Of a stretch of 64,000 nucleotides of DNA, positions 11,699 to 24,697 are shown piece by piece; the first letter of the stretch is position 1; every line of letters starts with the position of its first letter. This DNA is from Laetmonice hystrix (lineage: Eukaryota), in assembly GCA_965235115.1 (NCBI GenBank), contig OZ249448.1, positions 7,626,001 to 7,690,000 on the forward strand, given 5' to 3'. Made by a program: the position numbers and the translations under genes. The notes beneath the pieces are model-generated. The model did not search any database and was not told the DNA's origin. It saw only the letters and a program-made list of their open reading frames with translations.

Positions 11699-14600
11699 TG
11701 GGATTCTGTCTCTATGGCACGAGGTTAATTCCATTGTTTGCCTCCATTTGAAAAGATGACCGCCGGAAGATCGTGTTATGGTGACAAAAGAAAGCGAGTG
11801 AGCGGGACGGCTAGTGGGGTCCGCCTCAAGTGGCCATTATCGAGTTAATATCTTTGTTTAGTGAGGCCGAGTGATGGCCCTCTCGGCCGCCCATTACGAC
11901 AATGTTAACATCCCACGCCGGCTGGCCCTCACTGATCCTGCCCAATGACCCGTGCATCGTCAAATGTACGCTTTTTTTGTGCTCGGCGCGTGCGGTTCTG
12001 TCCTGGCCGTGAATGCCCACATTGGCCGTGCCGCCTGGGCCGTGCCGCCTGGGCCGTGCTCGCCAGCCGTGCTGCCCGACATGCCCACACCCCCATCGTT
12101 CACCCTGCACTTATCGACTCGCTATCGATGATGTGTTCACATGCAATCTTGCAACTGATCGCCGGCTCGCCGCGGGGCAAACAATCTGAGGCAACCCCAC
12201 CCGATCCTTACAATGCCTTCATTATAAAACCTCCCGGCTCTCTCAGGCTACACACGTGGACCTGGGCAGTAGTAATGGTGCTAATTTACAGCCAGCCGCC
12301 GTCGACTTTCTCGCCGGGGGGTAGAAAGAGTCAGTGATAGCTCAGCTTAGATTTAGGCCATCAGGCAAAACTGATCCCCACTGGCCAAAGAGAAGACAAC
12401 ATGGGAAGGCTGCTGAAACACAATCCCTTAGAGACTTACATGATCCGAGCCCCGACCAAAATGTCAACCACTCCCCTTTCATTTACCCCCGCGTGGAAAC
12501 AAACCGACCAGCTAGCGCCCCCTAGCGACACGGGGCTTTAATGAGGCGACAAAGCGTCGCTCAGGACACCATCTTGACTTTGGTCGCCGCCATCCTCACG
12601 ACTTCGCCTGCCAGTCGGCCCCCACAACTCTCTTCATCACTCGGCGATAAATGGGGCTCGGCGAGTACCGATGTGAATCAGGCCCTTCAATTGGAGCGTG
12701 TAATACGAGCCGGACACACCATATTTTGCCTGTCACGCTTGTCCTCAAATCGCTAACTACCCTACAACTGTAATGAATTTCAATTAAGGCTCTAATGAAT
12801 TGCAAACGTTATCTCTTGAATGCGATCCACAAAATATGCCGTGCTCCCGCCTATTCTCATCAAGGCGCTCAGCCATCGTCTGCCCGTAGCAGATTAATAA
12901 GCGACACATTTCCTGAGTACGTTAATCATATTTCTATTTTGCATGTGCTCCTATTCAGCCGTTTTGTGTGTTTAATCAGTGCAATCGAGGCAGCATTTTT
13001 GGTGCTAATCAACTGCAAGGACTATGAAAACAAGTCGTGAAACATATCAATGCACGCACTAATCCAAACTGAATTAGCTGCATTGAAGTTCGCGTTTCCA
13101 ACTATCTTTGCCCTGCTCATTTAAATTTCAAGCAGGGCACCATGCAATATTCAGTCATTATTTCTTTTTAGATTAATCCACATATTGCTACAAGGGCCCT
13201 CCGCTGATTGCCAGCTTATACCCAGTCAAATGAGAATAAGATGTGGGTTGGATGAAAGCGAGGGAGAGAGTGAGAGCGAGTATAAAAAAAAGTACGGAAT
13301 CACTGCAGCCTTTCTCCCCTTTTTTTCAAACTAGAACCTATTCCAAGTTATTACAATCAACTGAGCTGTGCGGCAGCAAAGCTTTCAACTAGTCACGGTG
13401 AAATTTGATTTTAAAAGATGAAAACACCTACTTCATCAAAATTACTTCTTAATGACGTACTATTGCTGAAAGGCTATCATTTTCTCCATTCAACTCTTTA
13501 TGTCAAAATAAATTCTCAGAACCTGGTCGTTTAAGCATGTAATCAAGCAGATGACACATTACAATAAATGTTGATTCTTTTCGAAAATCTATAGCCTCCC
13601 CATGCAGAAGCACTGCTTTTTATGCTTCAGTACAAAATGCCTATGGATATTAATTTGACGTTTTGAGTATTTTTAGGAGGGATAAATTATATGCCTTGCG
13701 GATTATTACCCCTCGGCTGAACACAGACCAGAATGGAAACTAATTCTGACAAAGCAACAATTATGTCAATTTTATCTGCACGTTCGTCAATTACTCGCTT
13801 TTATGTTACCAGGCATGCATTTTATGCGCCTTTTTCATCGGCAGTAATTTAAAAGTATATCATGTTAAGACTATTTCACTGTGGTGTGGATAATGTAAAT
13901 GTGCAGGTTTTTGTCCGTCACTATTAATTTTTCATAGTGTCTGCAATGTACTTAAATTAAAAGGCAAATTTTGAAGCGCGCACGGCAGCTGCTACGCACA
14001 TAATCCTGGTATTCAAATATCGCTGACAAAGTAACGATCATTATGAGCGTTTTATTCAATAATGTAGCAAGGCTTTTGTCACGGATTTTTTTCCACCGAC
14101 AGTAGCGGTAGATGCAAATTACATGCGTCATTGTTGGCTTGCAATTGGCTTAACTGTGTTGAAAGCTATAATATGTGTGACAAAGGCTGGCTTGTTTACC
14201 TCCATAGCTATTGGATTGGCGGTTTTTCTCCTGCAGGAACGACTGCTTCTTTGATATTTCAGATCCTCCGATGAGGGGTTTTATCACGTTGAAGCTTAAT
14301 ATCTAGATGGGAAATACCAACAATGCAATTTACGTTCTGTGCAAAATTATCCTTTTTCGCTTTGCCAGAGCTAAATACTCTAAATCAGATGCGGTATTGA
14401 ATATGGTAATTGGATTAAATGCAATTCCTAGCACATTAAAAGGACGTAAATGGAGAAGCGGTGCCTTTTACTTAGCACTGATGGCAGATATTTTTCACAA
14501 GTGTGAGCAACATTCAATCTGGAATGTGTTCTCCGTTTGCTGCCATTCAAACATTCACTTGTGTAATTTGTTAACCGAGTAAAAAGTGGACCATTCTACG

Positions 14601-17087
14601 AGCAGAGCTGGCAGGAATATTACTCTTTATTTGTTGAGAGCAATAAACAGTCTGCCTAACGTAGCCATAAGCAGGCTGGTAAAAATGGTGCGTTCTCCTC
14701 GGCATAATCCCCATACTGTAAGCCTCCGTTCACATTAGAAGCTGTAGGGACAATGCAAATCTTTGGAAGATGTTTTTTACACTGCGTGCTGCTGTTCTGT
14801 TGTTGTAGTCAATTGGTGGGTGTCAAACAGTGCCTGGCGGCTGGCTTTGTTCATGCCACTCGGCTTCTGTGTGAGTTACTGAATCTAAAGGCATATCAAT
14901 GTATAACAGACACGGCCACACAATATGACACTTCCATAACAGATACCAAAATAGTTCACCAAGGCGTCTCTTACTAACCGAACAATTCTAACTTCATACC
15001 ACGACAATTGTTTCCTACGGCTGGTAATGTTTCCTTCTGTTGCCTGACTGGATGTCGTTTAGAAACTCGGGATATTTTCAATAATCTCTTGCCCCTTGTA
15101 TTACAGTTTGATTTACATCTATTACACTCAATTATTACATATTGAAATCTCACCACCCGTAATGTGAATTGCATGATAACGAAACAAGTCAGATTTCAAC
15201 GTTTCCATTGCAGCACGTCGATTACATCGTCTTCAGGTCAACAGCCACCGAGATACGGGTGGGCGGTTTTCTGGTTGTAGCCTGGTAGGAGCTGTGTTAA
15301 TATCATGACAATGAATGCCAGCAGTACAAAGGCACTCGAGGTGGAGCAGGCCGGGGTGGCCCTATACCTGGGTGCTGGCAGTATGTCCGCCCAGGTCCGT
15401 GCTGCTATCGACGACACCGACACACAACAACAAAAGACGGTGATCCAGGCTGGGTGGAGCAGTGGTCGTGTTAAACAAAGCCCGCATCAAACCACTTCAA
15501 GCGATCAATGCTACAGTGTTGACCCAGTTGTCATTCGTGGGCAATGGGGGCTGCCCCCTCCCCCTCCCCCCTCAACCCATTACGTTTCTCATTGCCAGCT
15601 CTCATAGCTGGGAATACCTTCTCTTGTTCGAAGACACTAAAACCCAACACCAAAACATGTCCTTAACAAGGTAATGTGCAAATAATTCCAAACACAGTTA
15701 GCTCTTCACATTACAAGAAAATTCAGGCGTTGAGATGAAATTAGTGACTAAATACACACACTCTTCACTCTTTCGTATTGGCCAATTCATCTGTGTAGGT
15801 TATTTTCTTCTCTCACCTCTTCTTTTCACATTTCGTCTGAGCGGGAGTGTGTCGTTTTAACGCGTGTTAACGATAAAAGAGCCAGCGTGGTGACCATGTA
15901 ATCGTCTCATGCTCCGTTAAAACGTCACCATTAGTATTGGTTACAGGGCCACACAAAAACAACCAGGCGACGTTTTCCAGCCCAGTCCTTTTGTGTACAC
16001 TTCGTCACATCACAACTTTCACGGTACACGTCCCCGTGTGAGCCGGATTACAGTCACCTGTTCATGTATTCATTCTCTACCTCTATCCTTCCCACCACCC
16101 ACACAAAACCCGCCTCACAAACCCTTGCCGCCCCCACTATTTACCCTACGACACGTGTTCAAAGATCATTCACCCTCGACACAATAAATACCCAACACGG
16201 TCTAATTATTCCCATTACAAACGAGTCATTAGCAGCCCCGTGCTGATACAACAACTGACTGTTATCATCAATAACATGAAAATGTAGACAAAAAACAGCA
16301 CACCGGGCTAACGAGGGTGACAAATTAACGGTCTGGCGGAGTGCCAGCTACTCGGCTCCATGCCAACCAGGTCTGTGTTCAACTGTTACGTGCAGGTGTC
16401 TGACACACAACAAATATACATAAAGGAGGAGGACTGCTGAATTTGTTTCAATACAAACTTCCGTGCCGAAAAAAGTCCAGTTGTTTTGAGACCCAAATAA
16501 ATCTTGTCATTCCAAACAGATGGACATTTCGGACTTTCCTAGATCTCAATTCAATTGTGAGAATTCGAAGAGGTTTGTTCTAAATGTATTTGTTTATGTG
16601 CAAAATCTTTGAATTCGAAAGATTTCCTCCATAATGTGACTAGGTGCAGACTTGATAAGGAAAGTATAAATACCTTGTTGAATAACTTGACCCCGATAGT
16701 GGACTGCAAAAAACAGGGGCGAAATTTCATTCTTGTTCTTGAGCCGTACACGACCAGAGACAGTCATTAGACGAGAACTCATACAGCCTACGGGAGTTTA
16801 TCATTATTGTGGGTTAAAACCTTTAGCCGTCAATATTAGTCTGTTTTCTGGCAAGTAAACATAAGAACGGGAGAATAACCAATATAAGGTCCTCATTTCA
16901 GCTCTCTGTGAACAAATGAAGGCTAGTCGAACTCGACGCTATATTGTCAAGAAAACAGGCAATCAGAAAAACACCCAATTATGCGAGTTCAGGCCATTAT
17001 TTTAGAGCATTGGGTTCGACTTTTTCATTTGCACAAAGCTTCCTTTTGCAAACCCTTGCTATAGGAAAGAAGCGAGAGAATACTTAC

Positions 17088-17422
17088 TTGATTGAAACGA
17101 CGATAAAGCGTCAGTTGCAGATAACTGCGGATGCATGGCGGGTTGTCCTGGCAACGCCGTGGAAGAGAGGCTGCCTGACGGATGCGGCAGAGGGGGTGCG
17201 AACATGGCTGACTGGGCGAGGGAAGGATGGGCGGTTTGATGTGGATGTTGGGGTAATGGTGGGTGTGGGCCGGTTTGGTGTTGTGCTGGGTGAGGGTGGA
17301 GGTGTGGAGATGGTCCCGGAGTCGGGGTGTGGGCGTTGTGAAGCGACTGTATGGGAAGACTTGGCGCCGGCGACAAGTGCGGCCGGCCGGGATGTAGCGG
17401 GCTTGGCGTGGCCGCTGTCGAG
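17088..17422 (-). CDS. AUTS2: AUTS2-family Pro/His-rich exon: STAATPSPLHPG...QSAMFAPPLPHPSGSLSSTALPGQPAMHPQLSATDALSSFQS (phase 2/1)
   Basis: Acceptor tttggtattttgttattgcag| and donor A|gtaagt. 335 nt = 1+333+1. The MFAPP...SGSL...GQP segment resembles human [25 protein letters not shown]. Phases fit both neighbouring exons. Confidence 0.9.
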
Positions 17423-18240
17423 CTGCAATAACAAAATACCAAAAAACGTCCCGTAAAAATACGCTCATCTTCAATCCATTTCCCCATTTATTTCTTCTTT
17501 TAATTTCACCACAAACGTAAATGTTTTAAAACGGCAAAGCCAAACTCTCTCTTTCTTACAACTCATGTAAAAATACTTATAAATACATCAGTGGTTCATT
17601 GAAAAAGCTAATGTTGATATTAAAGAACCATCTCATGGTAGCCGTAATACAGAGGTGATGGATAACTGTGCCATTTTGGGTTGATTGTGTGGTCTATGTG
17701 GACGACATGGTTGTGTTGACCTTGGCCGGCGAGGTGCAGAATACATCCGTAAATTACCTCCTCGGTACATTAGACAACATCCAGTAAAGTGGGCATCACT
17801 ATACAATGACAAAACCTTGCCCCAAGAGGACCTCGCCAAATCCCAAAAAGCACAGCGCCTGTCAAATTTAGGCCTATTATGGTAGCTGTGTGATTGCCAG
17901 CACCAGCGAGAGTGAGTCCCTAGGTCTTCAGCTGGCCGCCAAAACACTGCACTTGTCCGCCACTCCGGCATGCGTGGCCTGTCGCCGTTTGGCACCGCCA
18001 AGCCAAAACACGACAAATGGGAAATCACCTGGCTTTCCGTAATCAATTCGCCGAAATTGAAGGAACGATCGTACCATCTGACTCCCTCCCTGGGGACGGC
18101 GGTCATTTCCAAACCACGCCTTTCGGCATGGCTTCTAGCTTTTAGTGCAATCGCCGCCAAGGTTCTTGGCACAAGGGCGCTGGGCCATGGACCTCGGCGA
18201 TTTGATCGGTCTGGACATGTAATAAAGCTGTACAGAGATG

Positions 18241-19655
18241 CCCGAGATATGGGGATGATGTTAGGGTTAGGTTCTATGTCTGGGTCCTTGGTGTAACCAG
18301 AGATATGGGGATGATGTTAGGGTTAGGTTCTATGTCTGGGACCTTGGTGTAACCAGAGATATGGGGATGATGTTAGGGTTAGGTTCTATGTCTGGGACCT
18401 TGGTGTAACCAGAGATATGGGGATGATGTTAGGTTTAGGTTCTATGTCTGGGTCCTTGGTGTAACCAGAGATATGGGGATGATGTTAGGTTTAGGTTCTA
18501 TGTCTGAGTCCTTGGTGTAACCAGAGATATGGGGATGATGTTAGGTTTAGGTTCTATGTCTGGGACCTTGGTGTAACCAGAGATATGGGGATGATGTTAG
18601 GTTTAGGTTCTATGTCTGGGACACTGGTGTAACCAGAGATATGGGGATGACGTTAGGTTTAGGTTCTATGTCTGGGTCCTTGGTGTAACCAGAGATATGG
18701 GGATGATGTTAGGTTTAGGTTATATGTCAGGCCTGGGTCCTTGGTGTAACCAGAGATATGGGGATGATGTTAGGGTTAGGTTCTATGTCTGGGACCTTGG
18801 TGTAACCAGAGATATGGGGATGATGTTAGGGTTAGGTTCTATGTCTGGGTCCTTGGTGTAACCAGAGATATGGGGATGATGTTAGGTTTAGGTTCTATGC
18901 CTGGGTCCTTGGTGTAACCAGAGATATGGGGGTGATGTTAGGTTTAGGTTCTATGCCTGTGTCCTTGGTGTAACCAGAGATATGGGGATGATGTTAGGGT
19001 TAGGTTCTATGTCTGGGACCTTGGTGTAACCAGAGATATGGGGATGATGTTAGGGTTAGGTTCTATGTCTGGGTCCTTGGTGTAACCAGAAATATGGGGA
19101 TGATGTTAGGTTTAGGTTCTATGCCTGGGTCCTTGGTGTAACCAGAGATATGGGGATGATGTTAGGTTTAGGTTATATGTCTGGGACCTTGGTGTAACCA
19201 GAGATATGGGGATGATGTTAGGGTTAGGTTCTATGTCTGGGTCCTTGGTGTAACCAGAGATATGGGGATGATGTTAGGTTTAGGTTCTATGTCTGGGTCC
19301 TTGGTGTAACCAGAGATATGGGGATGATGTTAGGGTTAGGTTCTATGTCTGGGTCCTTGGTGTAACCAGAGATATGGGGATGATGTTAGGTTTAGGTTCT
19401 ATGTCTGAGTCCTTGGTGTAACCAGAGATATGGGGATGATGTTAGGGTTAGGTTCTATGTCTGGGACCTTGGTGTAACCAGAGATATGGGGAGGATGTTA
19501 GGTTTAGGTTCTATGCCTGGGTCCTTGGTGTAACCAGATATATGGGGATGATGTTAGGTTTAGGTTATATGTCAGGCCTGGGTCCTTGGTGTAACCAGAG
19601 ATATGGGGGTGATGTTAGGTTTAGGTTCTATGTCTGGGTCCTTGGTGTAACCAGA
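18241..19655. repeat. Minisatellite, 56-bp unit, about 25 copies, with a TTAGGGTTAGG/TTAGGTTTAGG core
   Basis: Unit ccagagatatggggatgatgttagggttaggttctatgtctgggaccttggtgtaa. Confidence 0.95.
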
Positions 19656-22336
19656 TGGGCTCCTCCTCCTATTTCGTCACCAAGTCCTTGCCTGGTTGTT
19701 TCTGACACCACAGATATCCCCCATCCTGATCAATTCGCTGCCGTGTAGTGAACAGCCAAATGGCACTGTATCATGACTGCTTGTGGCCAGGATAACTTTT
19801 CAATTATGTCTGGCAGTCCCATTGCTCCCAGTTTCCCCATAAACCAATGGCGTCTTGCCCAACTTGCGCAGGCTTGCCCAAATGAATCACTCCCTCGTGC
19901 TGCGTTTCCTATTACTACAGATGAGCTCCAATCGAACTGGTCCTGGTCGAGGCACCACCTTGCGCCCACTGCCTCCCCTGAGTTGTGCCCACCCTCTAAC
20001 TTCACGCCCCGAACCCCGCCCAGCCTCACTTCATATTGCCGTCACGGAGTCGCTCCAGACCCCGACCCGTTAAAATACGACCGCCGATCCCGGCTGAGTA
20101 GTTTTTGAATGCCTGACTTGTTTTCTTGCCGATCGCTATTGAAATTTCACAGGAAGGTGTCAGCGCTTCCAGGTCCAATTCACAAGGGCAACATTGTACG
20201 CCCTCCGTACCCCTGCCCGATATGGGGTTAGTCGAAGGAATCGAAACAGGTCGGAGTCGAGTATTATACTGAGTTCGCCGTTTTCGAAGTCTGTTTTGGA
20301 TTTAATCCATTTGCGGATGCTTGGTGACTTCCTGAAACCAGATCCAACAAACTGGCCAACGCTTAGCATTCTAATACTCCACTTATCCACCCCTCCCCTC
20401 CACAGCCAGCCACCCCCCCCCCCCAGCCTGCTCTACAGCTGTTCTCAATGTCTCCACAGAGGATCAAAATTAATCACATTTTGTAGGTGAATAATAACAA
20501 GATTAATGCCGTTTTGTAGTGGATTTCGCTACAGATCTGCTGAGAGAATGTTAACAATAGACTTGTGGGGGTTGACTCCGGGTTGGCTTTTGTTTGACTA
20601 TCGTGATGCCTCATCCTCTGGGATGTTCGGCCCCGCCCAGACAGGGGTGTGGTTGTTCCAGTCAGACCTAAGCCTAACCCTGCCGTTTGGTGTGGGTATT
20701 TAATGCCGTTTGGTGTGGGTTTTTAATCCCTCTCCACCGGCACGTCCTCCAGGGAGTTCGGACACATAAACCCGTCTGCTGCACGAGATGCTTCCATTCA
20801 ACCCCTGTCTTAAATCCACCACGTCTTTCCACACATTAAGAGCACTCTGTCATGATCATTCCTATCAGAAAATTTGATCATGTTTGCTAATCATTATTTT
20901 CAGCCTGAGTGGTGTCAATTCAAATGAAGCGCGTGGTAATTTTGTGGGTGCTGTCTGCCATATTTTAATTAAATTTCACAGCCACGCTTCGAAGGAATTA
21001 AGAATTTTTGATGGGGAAGTTGGAGTGAATGCATTTGGCAAAGTTAATTTGGAAATGAGGCAGGCACTACTGCAGAGCTTTCTGCCATGGACGAAGCATT
21101 ATCATCTCACCCTAACACAAATTAATTATAATTAAATACCACTTTCATTGGAGCAGCCACAAACACAAAAACTCCAAATCTATTTATGCTATCTCCACAG
21201 TTCTTCTCATGCAAAAATTTCAGAAAGCGTTTTCTGTTGTCAGATCTCATTGGTTAAGCTCTTATGAACATTACAGGGTCAGCTTCCAAGGCTTTGGTTA
21301 GGTATGTCACCCCAGCCTGTTCTAAAACACTACGTATTCTGGTGACCATACAACTGACAGTTTCAGCCAATGCTATCAGATATAGGACACCACCAAACCT
21401 GACCACCGACATAGCTTCTTTCATGGCCGCCAGATGGTGCTAGCTGTCACGACGAGCTTATTACTCCTCAATATCTCTGACTTTGTTAAAGAACAGGTGA
21501 TCCAGGTTCATAAGATTGGTTTTCTTATCAATCAGGTTTTTTTGTGAAAAGAAATTTTCGGGTGAGCTTGACATAAATGTTTATCGACTATTTGTGACAC
21601 GGACCTGTATCCAGCCATGAGTGTGTGAGAGGTGGCACTTTACCTGTTTGCTCAGGGATGGATGCTGCTGTTACTCGTACTACAACCAAAGGGCCCGGTC
21701 GTACAACTATCCCCAATGAATCTCCCTTCACCATCCAATCCCTTATTGTTTTAATAACGGCCCATCCTCCGTTAATGACATGTCCCTCTGTATTCCCAAA
21801 CTCGACAATGGTCAGGGGTACGACCCCGGGTCGTCCCATTATGACTTTGAACCGATCCCCGAACGAACACTTTCAAACTGTAAGTACCCCGGAGTTGACC
21901 TCAGTGGTTGTGCTGGCATCCGCTAGGGGCGCTGCACCGTGGCCGATGCTCTCCTCTCGCCAACATTACGACGTTGTTAGAGGAATACTGGTTCTTATAC
22001 GATCATCACAAGTGGGTCGTTGCTGGCAGTTTAAGGCCTCGTAGTTCTTTATCAATAGTGTGCAAACACCATTATGGCAAGCTGTCCGGGCCGTAAGTAT
22101 CAAACGTGAATGCTAAACCTCACCAAGTACTACTAAGGGGGCTATAATCCTCAATAACGAGAGCCAGGCCAGAATCAACAATGGAAGCCATCTACATCCT
22201 AGTCTTCCTCGTCTAAACTGGTGTCCTTATTAATAGCTTAGCACGTCATAAACTCGCCATTACGTTAAAAGTACGGCCAGTGTTTGAGCACCATGTCTGT
22301 CATGTTAGCCACATTGGAGGAGTTTCAGTTTTCAAC

Positions 22337-22441
22337 GGAGATATCTATTCTGGAGATATCTATTCTGGGGATATCTATTCCGGAGATATCTATTCCGGGG
22401 ATATCTATTCTGGAGATATCCATTCCGGAGATATCCATTCC
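22337..22441. repeat. Tandem repeat, 15-bp unit ggagatatctattcc, 7 copies
   Basis: Directly visible; explains the ISILE/ISIPE ORF at 22284-22481. Confidence 0.9.
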
Positions 22442-24494
22442 GAAATTATGCCACATTAGTTGCGGTCCTCGACTCCGATAAACAAACCTTCTGTAGTTGC
22501 GGTATTACAAAAATTACTCGACTAATCCATAAACCGCTGTGAATTCCCTAAAGGTATCCAATATGCAAATTGTCATTGCCATTTTCTGGGCCTTTGGGTC
22601 CCTAGTGATCTGCAAGTCCCTCTGGGTAGTGAGGCCGAGGCAAATTTAGAGCCACTTGGAGCAGGGCGAGCGTCGCCCCAGCGGCAAACCGCCTGGGACA
22701 GGAGCATTAATTAATTACATATTCGCTTTAGCTGTCATCACTCGGGGAGCATGAGTACAAGGCCCGCTGGATATAGTCAGTACACGAGACTTGCGGGGTT
22801 TCTCCTCGAGATGCCCCTGGCTTTAGTTGTTTTATTTTTTTCTTTCTCTGTCAGAAATTACACCCGGTGGTGGAGGGAGGCTGGGGAGTTAGGACGAGTC
22901 GTATCTCTGGCGTGGAATTATGCAGATCACTCCAGAGGGTCAGGGCGGCACGGCTGGGCGGGGTTGATGATGTATGACTCCCCCAGGGCCGGTGTGCTAG
23001 CCACACGACGGATCAGAAGGGATTGACTGGAATCAGGGGACACACCCGTTTAAAGCTGACTGCCGGCTCCAACTACGCCCTAGAGGCGGTGGAAATTTAG
23101 AGATGTGGAACTTCCAGATAGCCGCGCTCACCCAAGAGGATTGGCGCGAATTTGCTTTAAGGGGAAATGAGCTGCGAGCTGTGCACTTGTTTTGGGGAGG
23201 CAGCTTTTAGCGGGGCGTGTGCTTTCTGCGCGACCAGCTGCTGCGATGTCGGTGAGTGGAAAGCCTTCGACTGGCAGGAATTTCTCATTGGTATTCCGAC
23301 TGGCCTACCGTCTGGCTGCCCGGGGACTGACCGTAACATCCACTCTCCCCTGGGCCACATTTGGGTTGGCCCAACACAATCTAACGTCAGCAACAGACCA
23401 ACAGCTGAGCCGGCCGGCGGCACGATCCAGCGCCCCCTGGAGGCCAGACCGGGAGTTAGCAGCTGTAAGTTTGCTGCTTCTAATTCACAAGAAACCTGGT
23501 CTGCCGCTAAGGAATCAACAACTGACACTCTAATATGATCCGACTACTTTTATACTGCCCCGAGGAGCTGTGAGCTTAGAGATATGGCTTCAGGAAATTC
23601 CAAAGGAGATTAGATGCCCCCCACAAGAGGCATGGCGTGAAAACTTAATGCAGCACCGTCTCTCACGATGATAATTCTGACTCTGGATTTGAAGGGCACA
23701 CGACCCCCAGGACACAGACTTATTGGAGCACAGACTGGGCTTGTTGGTTATCTGCTAGATGACTGCATGAAAATTTCATTAGGAGCTTTTTCCTTCATAC
23801 CCTCTTGACAAAATCAAGGACTGAAATTTGAAATTGCCGGTCCTTCTTCATTACTGCCAAATCGTAACATGTTCAATTTGTTAAAGTCGGGTGCGTTTAT
23901 TTCGACAACATCTTTATTTGACTTCCCACAATGTATATTTTGAGACGCTCCCCGCCCCTCCGGCCTCGGAAACCAACTCCTCATAGAACAGACAACTAGA
24001 CCACACCATTTACCCCAGCGGGACAGGGCAGAGTAACTCTAGCTCCCAACTATAACGCCTCCACTAATCTGTTTGCCTGTTTTTCCAATCAGACATCTGT
24101 CATCCGGGCTATCACTTTCACACCAGTCGGGTACTGATGTGAATTACCAGATGAAAACCTCCGGGAGTGTTTCCTTAATGGACGAATTACCAATGTTTTA
24201 AGTCAACAGTAGCAGGGGTTCTCTCTGGCAGACTGCCGGTTTATCATCTCAACTCGCTTTCAAAACACGGCAAGGTGATACAATAATGACAGTTACTGCT
24301 GACAAACCGAGCGGCCATCGCCTTCATCTTATAGCAGACCAATAAAGGAACACTTGGCCTCCTACCAATTTTTTCAAAAAGTTATTTTTTCATTTTCTTT
24401 ATAGATGTTGCCTTTTAAAATCCAAGGTCCGTTTACCTAAGCCTCTGTTTCGTCATAGATATTTAGATATCTATTACATATCTATGGTTTCTTT

Positions 24495-24600
24495 CCATAG
24501 GTGGCGCTGCGGAGGGTAAGTTGCGCTGACGTGAATCTCCCTGGAGTCACGTGAGCAACCCTGGGCACGTTGGGATACAGGGGCGGCTCTGATTGGCTAG
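24495..24600 (-). promoter_or_regulatory. Promoter-like motif cluster (CCAAT, GC box, CACGTG E-box, CRE-like) just inside the intron after the large exon
   Basis: ATTGG 24592-24596, GGGGCGG 24580-24586, GTCACGTGAG 24546-24555, TGACGTGA 24527-24534 and partial CTCF-like TAGGTGGCGC near 24498. Confidence 0.4.
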
Positions 24601-24697
24601 ACTTACACATGAGACCAAGTTTAATATCACAACCAACCCTCCCACCATACACACCCTAACCCTTCCATGTTAAAACAGTTGTAGGAGTTGTACTAAC

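Noticed and set aside
17680-17790. CVVYVDDMVV resembling a reverse transcriptase YxDD motif
   Set aside because: Flanking frames have stops and no other RT motifs; the same applies to MDDLLVF at 61898.
21588-24300. Medium ORFs at 21588-22044 and 23157-23538 as transposon or viral remnants
   Set aside because: No identifiable domain, TIR or TSD; multiple stops in every frame.
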